Shown piece by piece: positions 41,408 through 51,722 of a stretch of 64,000 nt of DNA. The translations under genes were made by a program, and so were the position numbers. The stretch's first letter is position 1. Every line of letters begins with the position of its first letter. A model generated the notes under the pieces. The model was given only the letters and a program-made list of their open reading frames with translations, was not told the origin of the DNA and made no database searches. The stretch spans positions 1-64,000 of the forward strand of contig LVLI01000643.1 in the NCBI GenBank assembly GCA_001687465.1, given 5' to 3'. Origin of the DNA: Halocafeteria seosinensis. Its lineage: Eukaryota.

Positions 41408-42489
41408 ATGGAGCCAGCCAGATGTTCAAGTCAGACAAGCAAAGAGGACAGTTTGCCGACACAGATAGAGAGGTTGAGAGCGTACAGGAAGGCTATTGAA
41501 CTGGTGCACCGTCGTATGCTGGACGTCTCTCAAGTACGTTTATATTTGCTACACGCACACACAGTGTCATATCTTTACTCGTGTCTAAAAATTGCACTAT
41601 CACCATGGGTGTGTCCCTCCTCTTATCACAGGCTCGCAGAAAGCAATCCCTCACACAAATTGACAGTGTCCTCCAATCACGAAATGACGGGGCGGTTCAT
41701 AAACCAGTTGAAAATTTAAAATGGATCGAATCAAAATCGAGAAGTCCACAGTATACGACGAACAAGAAAAGAAGCAGTGGCCATGGGTTCCAATCTGCGT
41801 CGAAAACAAGCATAGAGTCCTCCCAGCAAAATACAAGAGGTTCTCTCCTTTCACGAAGAAATACCTCATGCCAAGCGAATTCCGATCAAAATGCAGAGGC
41901 AGAGCCAGTCGCGCAGGAGCGACCACAACATTACGCGCCACGTAAAGAACAACAGAATCCTCAATCTCCTGCCACCAACATCAAAGATTGTGGCAGGAAC
42001 AAGCCTCCACAAGCAGAATCCCGACCTCAAGGAAGCTCAGCAGTGCCGCCCATACAAACAACAGCGTCAGTATCTGGCGTGCCCACGCAACCGACGGCTT
42101 CCAGCACCAATACAAGTGCAGCAGTCCCTAAACTTTCATATGTGTCAAAGACTCACGACCCTAAACGAACATTGCTTGCCTCCTCATACACGTCAAGATA
42201 CACGCAGCCATCTCCCAGATCTGTATCCTCAGAAGAACGAGACGAGAGTGACTATCTTACTGACTTGAAGAAGAAAACGTTGAGTCCAGTTTCTCCCTTC
42301 CGTTTCCCAGAGTCGTCCAGCATGAATAACCACACATCATCGGAGCAGCAACACACCGCACGAATGAGGAAGACGAGGAAGCCTTCCATTCAAGCAATGG
42401 TATATCTATCGCCGCTGGATGCAAACGTGTATAACAACGTCTTCGAAGTAGATCTTTCTAATTGTAATCTCCATGAGTGGGCTCAATGA
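41408..42489 (+). CDS. Hypothetical low-complexity protein
   Basis: Exon 1 MEPARC...LDVSQ, a GT-AG intron, then an S/P/Q/T-rich ORF to 42489. Confidence 0.55.
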
Positions 42490-42495
42490 AGCAAT

Positions 42496-45328
42496 TTAGG
42501 AGGAATTATTGGATTTAAGCTGCTCCTCAAGCTCCTGTATGCGTTTTGCTAGTGCTTCCTTGGTGGCTCGTTGTTGTTTGAGCGCCTCATCTTTATCACG
42601 CAAATCATCTGTCAACTGCGGCACCATAATCACCTAGATAATGCAATGAAATCTTGGCAACAAGATAGAATACCTAACAAGTAGCTTACGTCAACAATAA
42701 TTCTCTGCATGTCCGAATCTATTCGACTAGCACTGCTTGAAGTACCACTAGATACGTGTTGGTGGGGTTGTGCAGATGACTGGACACGCACAGAATGTCC
42801 AGCTGCACTGTGTGGTCCCAGCGATTCCACGGAGTGATGGCTAGTATTAGTCCTAGAGGGGTCGGGCCTAGATTCCTCTTTCTTCCGGTCAGCACTTTCC
42901 ATTCGGGCTTTCCAAATTCTCAGTGTTTCGTTGACCTTTTCAAGCTGCTGATGAAGCGGGCTCTGTTTTTCCTGCTCAATATCCGCAATTTGATAAAGTT
43001 CAGTAATCTTTCGCTGAATATCTTTCTTCATCGAGCTAAGCTTCTGTTTGTAACTGTTTCGTTCACTTCGAAACTCATTGGCAGAATCGCTCTCCTCTTC
43101 CAGGCGGCGTTTGAGTCTCTCCATTTCAGCCTCGGCCTGTTCTGCAGTAGCCGCCTGTTGCTCATGCTGGGAAGCAGCTTCACGTAATTTCTTATTCTCC
43201 CCCTCCAACGTTTGAAGCCTCTCTTTAGTGTGTTTTAGCTCCGATTCTGCTTTACTCGCCGCAGCTGCATCTTTTTTCGATTGCTCCCCAGCGAGACGTG
43301 CGCTCTCACGGGCTTCCTCGAGGGCTCCCTGAGCCACACCCAGCTTCGAGCTCAGTTTGTCCCGTTCGTTTTGACTGTTTGTCAAGGTTTCCTTTAACTG
43401 GTTTACCTGCTTCCTGAGATTGTCTTTTTCTCGCTGCAGCTGCTCTGTTTCGGTTTTCTGCTTATCCAAAGACTCCTGTAGCGACTGCAGCTCCGAATCC
43501 TTGGATTCAATTTTAGATTTTGCGTCTTCAAGTTCCTCCCGGTACTGCTTTTCATTAGCTTCCGATTTGTACAGTTTATTCGTAAGCTCCTTTATCTGAG
43601 CTGATTTCTCGACAACTTCTTGCTTACGTTCTTCAAGCTCAGATTCATATCGCTGAGCGGACGCCGTTGATTCTCCATCCTTAGCCTGCATTTCTTCTAA
43701 CTGATCACTGACCTTTTCCAGTTTTCGCGATTTCCACTCGAGTTCCCTTCTAGCTTCTGCAAGCGACTTTTGCAACTGAGTAATGTCATTGTTCATACCC
43801 TTGACTTCGTTCTTGAGCTGCCTCTTTTCTTCAGACACAGTGTGATGCTTTTTCGTTAGATCCTCCACTTCTTTTCGCAATTCGGCGATAGTTCTATCTT
43901 TTTCGGTTTCGCTTTCCTTCTCTGCTGCTTCGGGTTGACAGTTTTCACTGAAGTCATCATTGCTGTGGCCGGGTACCACTTCAGTGACGGGAACTTCACC
44001 GCTGGGAGACTCCTGTTCCGTCCCTGAGCCACTGTCTTGGTGCTCATTCTCTGCTGTCTTTTCTTCCTGATCCTCTGCATTCTTGTCTTTTGGATCCCCA
44101 TTAGGGTCATACCCACAAAAATGCCTTATTAGGTATGCCAGAGAATCTCTCTCAGTATTTGAAGAGACCTTCAATTTCACTTGTTCAGGTTGCTCCTCAG
44201 ACTCGCCTAGACCCTTGATCGATGTTTCCGCGGGTAGAGTAATGTTAAATTGATTTACATTGACGGGATCAATATAAAGTGTAACCTTGGTGGAACACGG
44301 TATGCTTATTCTGTCTGCCAACTTGCGGAGGTCCTCTTCGCTCACCGCAGGACCATCAGCCGGAGCTTTCCTGACCTTGCCATGTTCTTCCTCCTCTTCA
44401 TCTGGGGCTTCTATAACGATGCTCTCTGGAGTGACCATAAGCTGACGGTGTTTGTCAAATGTACCGACAAGCTCGACCGTAAACTCTGCCTTTCCCCGTT
44501 CAATCATCTCCTCGCACTCCTTCTCCTGTTCCGGATCTGGCGCAGAGAAAAACCAATACACATGTTGTCAGTCCGACATTCAACTGCTAGTTCCTTGGCA
44601 TAACGTACCCATAGCCAAAGGTCCCCATTCTGCCCAACCGCTTTGACCTTCATCGTGAGCATTTGCAGCTTGGCACAATAGGCGAGCTCCAATATCGTCG
44701 ACAGATGGCTGATAGAATCCACCCTCGATACCTGCGACGCTACCAACTCACAGTCAGGCGAATCACATACAAAAGAACTCCATGCGCACGCGCACATACC
44801 TTGAATAAGGTCAAATGAATTGGTGGTCCCACTCGCTCGGTACCATCTCATTGTCAACACCCCTTCATCTCCCAGTCCTCCCAGCATTCGTCCATCGCTG
44901 TTGGCCGTCACCACGTCCTTGATGTACGGCCCACCATGCAGCTGAAAATTTTCAAACAGATGAATCAGGTGTTTCTCCCACTCTTGCTCCTTAGATTTCC
45001 TCTCATGTTCCGCGCCGTGGCCAGTGGCATGTCCCTGTTGTCCTCTAGGGAACAGATTCTTCGTCTGCTGAGCCACTTTGGACTTAAAATCCGAAAAATT
45101 CATTCTCTTGGAGAACCAGTCATTTGCTCCCGAGCCCCCAGCTGCGCCTGCAGATGAAGTGGTCGTTCTTGAGCTATTGTCTTCGCCACTTCCATTCCCG
45201 TTCGATTGATTTGCAGCATGCATAGTACTGTCTTTCTTGGCCCCACTATCCGTCTTGGCAGAAGTTGCTACAGGAGCCGCATTCCGGGTCGAAGAACCTT
45301 TTTTTCGATTCGATCCCGACGATGACAT
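42496..45328 (-). CDS. Coiled-coil protein with AIR9/SCAB-like Ig and PH-like N-terminal module, multi-exon
   Basis: RWYRASG...FDLIQG|VEGGFYQPSVDDIGARLLCQ, then ERDSLAYLIRHF and a long coiled coil. Confidence 0.65.
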
Positions 45329-45586
45329 TGCCTCTCCGTACTCGATACAAGACTATAAATAATTGTCTTTTGGGCCTCGTAGCCGTATCGAAGAACTACA
45401 CACAATACAATGGTGTATAGCTCATCTAAAACCCGTAGCTCCCTCTCCTTCCACTCGCTGGCTTACTTAAATTCATGATGCATATCAATGAATTGATATT
45501 TTTTCAGCCTCATTGGTTTGTACAGAATCAAAGGAAATCATTTAGTCTCTGTGCTTAGTTGAGACATAATTGGCTAATTGTAGGAG

Positions 45587-46952
45587 ATGTCGTCCCCTCC
45601 TAAACCCTGGCAGCAGCAGCAGCAGCCTTCGAGCCATATGGCACAGAATGGCTCAATTACAAGCAATACAGCCGGTCCACAGCAGGTGAATTCTCCTGGC
45701 CAGACGCCTCCCACAGATGTGCGATACCCGCAGCAGCAAAGTTCCCACGGGGCAATGAGCGCCAATGGGCGAATGGGAGTTCCAGGATCATATGCTTCAG
45801 CATTCAATTACCAGACGCCCACACATATGACAGTAGCCCCTCAACCAGGGACTAATACTACCCAGTGGACGGCAGGAACCCCTTCTTCCTCGTTTCAGTA
45901 TCCGTATCAGTCCCCGTATTCAGCGCCAGCAGCCGCTAGTTATTCGTCACCATTCTTCAATCAAATGGGATCACCCTCGCCGTACTTTGGAAATGGGGGG
46001 AATGCGTTTGGACTGGGAAGCAACCCTCCACCGTACCTTCATTCTCATTTCAATTGGTTACAACAATTGCACTCCGCCGTCGGTGCGATTGGAGCCATAA
46101 CAGACGTACGTACCAAGCACGCGAATGTTGGACTTCTTTTAGACACCTAGCACATAGACAGTTTGTCGCAGTTAATGGGAATGAACGCAGAAGCCTTTCG
46201 ACACATAATTCATGGCGTGATTGGCTTCATCGAAAGAGTGGGTATTACAGTTGGAGAAGCTATTAAATTTATGAAATCTGAGCCTCCGGTAGACGAAACT
46301 GGTATGTACTTTCAGTGAGCGTCAGGGACACAACCAATAATTATGGAAAAATTGAATGTCTCTCACAGGGAATTATTTAGTCGACCCAGAAGAATATCAT
46401 AAAGAGAAAAGGCGAAAGCTTCTGCGCATTGGAATTGGTGCCCTCGTGATTTTACTAAGCGTCTCGGCGCTAAGGCGGTTATTTCGTGGCTCTAGTACTC
46501 AGAGGAGCTCTGAGATCAGCAACGCGATGCAAAATGCTGCCACGAGTACACTAGTCACATCTCCAACCAAGAGTATTGAACAGCAATCTACATCTTGGAA
46601 ACGGATATTGCTAACTACCTGCGCCCTGTTGAGTGGGTTTGGTTGTGGAGTATTGTATGGTCAATCAGGCGGAGGGACTATGGTGAATTCTCCAGCAGCT
46701 GAACGAGCATCAGAATCCCAGCAGCAAACAACGAGTGAGCAGGCCGAGACTTTAACGCAGCAGGCTTGGGATAGAAGTCAGTTCCAAGCTGCCAGAGATG
46801 CTGGTCTCTTTGGAGAAAATTTTAGGGAAGAAGACATTGACTATGATTCCGATGCTGATTCCTTGACTGGTTCCCCCGAACTTACAAGACGGTTGAATCC
46901 AGACTCCTTATTGAATTCACTGGCAAGTCGCTTTTCAGCGTCCAGTAAATGA
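45587..46952 (+). CDS. PEX13: Peroxin PEX13-like, multi-exon
   Basis: MSSPPKPW start, Y/P/G-rich region, WLQQLHSAVGAIGAITD|..GMNAEAFRHIIHGVIGFIERVG, transmembrane helices. Confidence 0.65.
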
Positions 46953-47077
46953 TTACGAAAATGAACTTTATACTCCTGTGAAGGTATGCTCGTATGCGTT
47001 GGTAAAGCTGTGTCTGAAGACGTTCAGTTGCTGCTGTACTATTGTGGATTGACAACTGCTTGGTGGAATCCCGTCGA

Positions 47078-48642
47078 CTACATCGAACCGGGTAATATTT
47101 GGCTTGAACCGTTACGACTCCATTTTAGAGACCCCCTTGGTGCACCACGACCCCTTGGTGGTCCTCCTCTTCCTCTGAAGCCGCGTCCTCCCCGAAAGCC
47201 TCGGCCTCGAGCACGCCCTCGACCTCGGTTATAGTTAGTGATGAAGTCTGGCCGGCCTCCTGGAATTGTTGTTCCATCGAATAAGTTACCCTTGTATAAT
47301 GTTTGGGAACTACTGGTTGTGGTGCTGTTGTTTTGCTCTCCGGATGTCACATCTTCTACCACAGATGTGTCATCAGAACTAGTTGCTGATGACTGTTGAT
47401 GATTCGTCGCATAGTAAGCACCGGCGGTAGCTTTCCTCTGGTAGTACGTCTTCTCTTCAGGGGGTGACAAAGAAGATTCCATTCTGTCTTCGAACGGTCG
47501 GTTGTCAATTGCTGCCCCTCGTCCTCTTTGTGCAGCTCCTCTACCGCGGGCTCGAAACGACCCTCGCCCTCTACCTCGGCCCCGCCCCCTGTTGGCCATT
47601 CCTTGTTTGAATCCAAGCATCATTTTCCGCGTTTCAACAGCATGAAACAATTGTTGTAGTCTCATAACTTGTTTATATTCTTCGGAGGTCATCTTGCCTT
47701 CATTCTCAGTCACGGTCGCCTGAAGTTCATTCCAATGTTTGTACAGCTGTTTCTGGTACGCTAAGAACTCTTCCGTGTCCATTTGTAACACTCGCTGCAC
47801 CTCTGGGTCACCTTCTTTGAGCGGCTCGCTTCCTCCTGGCATTTCAATTTTCCTGCCAGTGTCATGCTGCTGCTCTTTAGCAGCTTCTTCGTCAAACCCT
47901 GATCGATAGACCTTACTCGATGCAGGCTGAAACTCCTCGCTGTCCGGATTCAATGAGGACCGCTCTCTCTTCTTCCCTGTTTGTTGTATACCCGACATAG
48001 CTTCACTAAAGAGAGTCTTGCTGCCTTCACCTCTTGTTGCAGATCGCTGGTTGCTTTGACGACCTCTTCTCTCCGGGGAAGCGCTTCCAGATGCGTGTTT
48101 TGGGGGCTCATCAAAGGACACTGAGGTTGGCAGTTCTCCATGTTCATTCTTGTGTTTCACCACTTGACCGAGCCTGTGTTATCCACAGAAGTCGCCTTAA
48201 ACCAAATCCATGACTTTAAACGTATACCTGATGCAGAAACCAACACCTACCATTGTATAAACGTGTCTACATTCCCCTCCTCCGACGGTACCAGCTCCAA
48301 GATGGCATCGCGCACCAGCTTCATGCTTCTACATCGTCCCACCAGTGTCGCTACATATTGCTGTCCAGCAAATGATGAGCATACATGTGTACTCTTGAGT
48401 ATCCTCAAACATCGATCATTGGGCATAATACCACTTACAGCTAAGGTCTCATCGGCAATATCGCCTCCAATTTTACCCAATTTCTCGTACGCCAAGTCCT
48501 GAAGGGGCTTTAATGCACTTTCCGGGATGCGTTCTTCCAGCTTAATGTTTTCGTTTTCCCCTTTTGCACTGGTATGAGCGCTTGTATCGGCATGAGAATG
48601 TCCCTGGGACTGTGTTTGCTCGTGGTAATTCTGAGCCTCCAT
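47078..48642 (-). CDS. PWI-like and RGG RNA-binding protein, multi-exon
   Basis: KLGKIGGDIADETLAV|..YVATLV...VDTFIQW PWI-like domain; RGRGRG repeats. Confidence 0.65.
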
Positions 48643-48652
48643 TCTTCCGTTT

Positions 48653-48682
48653 TCTCTCTCTCTCTCTCTCTATATATATATA
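48653..48682. repeat. Compound (TC)9(TA)6 microsatellite just upstream of the start codon at 48642
   Basis: Direct reading. Confidence 0.85.
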
Positions 48683-49035
48683 CATACAGAACACTAAACC
48701 CAGTTGAACAAGTAAATATCGAACAGGAAATGCAATAAGAAGAGTCTGTATGGGTACTCTCCTCCCAAATTGACAACAACAATTCGTTTATACGACAAAC
48801 AAAGAAGGGGGAAAGGCCCCAGGAACGAAACTACACGGCATGGTCCACATTGCAATTACTCACCAAGTCGTTCAAACAAACAGCAATAGACGTTGAGAAA
48901 GGGAAGTACGATTATTTGAAAATTTCGAGGCTTCTCGTGTATTGGTTTTGAGGAAAAAAGATGAAATGCAATTCTCAACGTGGCAAGTTGCAGGGAGAAT
49001 TCATGTAAACGAGTCGTGGAAAACAGGCACGTCGT

Positions 49036-50445
49036 TTACTCCTTCCGAGTTAAAATCCTGATGCTTCGACGAGCCATTCGAAAGCATTCGAACCCTGTTG
49101 GTACACATCTGTTTTGCCTCTGAAACTTTAACAAGGGTAACTTATGGCCTAAGAGGTCTACTGCCCAAATATCCGATGGCCAACACTGCTTCTGTCCCTC
49201 ACTATTGTTATAACAATATAACCTTTTAACGATATCATCGATGTTATTTGAAACTTGCTCCAGTCGCACGGTGTCCGCCACGGATGTATCGCCTCCGATC
49301 ATCGGTCCCCCGCCGCGGTATACAGAATTCCAAATGTGGATAGTAGCGCCACTCCACACACTTCCTATTAAACCCCCTTTATTCCCAGAAGGAACCGCCA
49401 TTTCCCCACTAGAGTAGGTGTTGTTAAGCACAACAACCCCACTAGCAACGCCGGTTCCGCTGCCACAGATTCCGCCCGCCAAGTGACCGACAACGTGTCC
49501 TCGGGAGTAGCAATTTCTAATCTCAACAGTACCCCCTTCGGAAGCACGGCCTGCACCTGCAGCTGCGATTCCGCCGCTTCCTATACCTGATATGTTCCCT
49601 GTGGAAAAGCATTGTGAGATAACTGCTCCCCCTCCATTCCCTGCGCAATGAGGACCAACAATTCCACCAGCGATTACTCCAGAAACGGTGCCTGTTGAGT
49701 ATGATTGAGAAATAATCACTCGACCATACAGTGCACCAGCTGTATTGCCACATATACCTCCAGCGCCAAGACCACTGATGATTCCACTAGAGTGGCAATT
49801 TCTAACCTCAGCAAAACCACCGCCCAAACCAAGACCTCTTCCGGCAATTCCACCAGCAGTGTATCCGGCAATTTCTCCGGAAGAATATGAGTCGTAGATC
49901 AAAACATGTCCTCCACTAGATCCACATTTTTGCCCGCATATTCCACCCCCTCCTTGCAGTTTATCCTTATCACCTTTGATTAATCCCGTTGAGCTACATA
50001 GGTGAACCTTAAAGTACTTCTGGTGTGATTGCACGATGAATCCCCCTGTCGGGCTTGTCTCTCCATTTCTGGTGTGGACATTAGTAATCAGTGGGGCTTG
50101 ATCGAATGACAAAACTCCGGTATCCATTATAACAAAGAGTCCTTCAAACTCTGTTGCATCTCCGAGCTTAAATTCATAACCGTGGCCATTAAACGTTTCA
50201 TTTTCCCCAAGAGAAATATAATCTTTTTGATTCCAATTCCACAGCGAGCAGTGTTGATGAAACGTTTTCGTGGCTTCGTTATAGTCAATGCAGTCGGTAG
50301 CTATTCCATCAAGGATATCCGACCTCAAATCTTTTGCGTATATTGAGCAAGTTGCCACAAGGACGACAAGGGTGCGAAAAGCAATGCGCCTGAAGCTGGA
50401 AAGCCTAGCTTGCTCCCGATGCCGGTATGCGAGTGTCATGTCCAT
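49036..50445 (-). CDS. Secreted/surface GLUG-motif (beta-solenoid) repeat protein
   Basis: Hydrophobic N-terminus, FNGHGYE motif, about 7 repeats of IxNCYSxGxIxGxxAGGIxG. Confidence 0.8.
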   Translation of the reverse strand: MDMTLAYRHREQARLSSFRRIAFRTLVVLVATCSIYAKDLRSDILDGIATDCIDYNEATKTFHQHCSLWNWNQKDYISLGENETFNGHGYEFKLGDATEFEGLFVIMDTGVLSFDQAPLITNVHTRNGETSPTGGFIVQSHQKYFKVHLCSSTGLIKGDKDKLQGGGGICGQKCGSSGGHVLIYDSYSSGEIAGYTAGGIAGRGLGLGGGFAEVRNCHSSGIISGLGAGGICGNTAGALYGRVIISQSYSTGTVSGVIAGGIVGPHCAGNGGGAVISQCFSTGNISGIGSGGIAAAGAGRASEGGTVEIRNCYSRGHVVGHLAGGICGSGTGVASGVVVLNNTYSSGEMAVPSGNKGGLIGSVWSGATIHIWNSVYRGGGPMIGGDTSVADTVRLEQVSNNIDDIVKRLYCYNNSEGQKQCWPSDIWAVDLLGHKLPLLKFQRQNRCVPTGFECFRMARRSIRILTRKE

Positions 50446-51722
50446 ACCTCTTTTATCATTTTCCTGTATTCGAAGGAGCGGTGCCAGCCGACTCTCTCTG
50501 GTACCGTATTTCCAGTTTATTCCACTGTCTTTTCTGGCCTGCTGACTGTTTTTTATGTGTTCCCAATGCAGTGGTATACCCGATGATAACGCAGCGACCT
50601 AATACCAGGAGCTACTGTACGTGTGTACTTAATTCATTGTCCATTGACTTGTTGTCTGCTCCAAAACACTTCGTATACCTTTGAGTGGCCTGAGGTTACG
50701 TTGGTGGATACGCCGGGCAGGAAATTGGATGCGGAAGACACTACAACCACTGCTCGCCTCTGTTGGAGATCCTTTAGGTTATAGCAGATCTACTCGTAAG
50801 TGTCGATCAAAACGTTGGGAAAAACAACACATGAAATGCCTGATGCGATGCATCGGAAATTCAACTTGACGGAGTTTCGTGGAACTCCGGCTTTTGTATA
50901 GGAGGAAGTGTGAGCGTCGATGCGCGGTCCGAAGTCCTAGAACCAGCGACTAATGCACGCGCAATGCCGCATTGTTTTTGAGTTCGCACCATGGTTGTAG
51001 CAGTAGTGGTGCACCGAAGTTAGGGTGGTGCACGCAAGTGCCACAGTGAACACCGTACAGCCAAAAGAGCTAAATCTGAGAGTCTACAGGGTGCAAGTGT
51101 GGAAGCGGACCGCAGTAGCCAGTACAGCAGTTTGAGTGATCATAGTATCATCAATGATTCGTCATACCGTACACTTTGCACCGTGGTTCCCACTGTGTTG
51201 CCTTCTCGCATACATGTAGAGTTCAGTTCCACACGATACAAGCATTGGAGGACATGGCAATTGTATGAGCTCCCCGTGCGTATTCGTCCATGTGGCACTA
51301 CTTGATGTGATTGTTTCCAACGTTCTGGCTTCGGTTAAGCTGATGCGAGGACCAGTGGAGGTTATTATCGCAACGAGGAGGGGTCCCTCCGAGGGGACCA
51401 ACAACACTTCAACCTCCCCGGCAGGCGACTCGGGCGAGTGTCAGTTTCCAAGCCCCTCTTCCTCCTTCTGTCCAAGTGCACAATTTGCAAAGGTTTGTGT
51501 GGTCGACTCCACATGCTAGGTGACTTATACAGGCCACTCAACGTAGAGTCCTTTTGGGTTGAATTCATCGTGCCTTGAGGTTAAAGACGTCCCCACCTGT
51601 CGTTCAAAACACCAGGGGACAAAAGGGAGGGACTCTCTCCTGCTCTATCTCTCCATTTCAGGAGCCATTCAGCCCTTCCAGATCACACACACTGATTGTT
51701 TTGTTATCGTTCCTTGCTAAGG

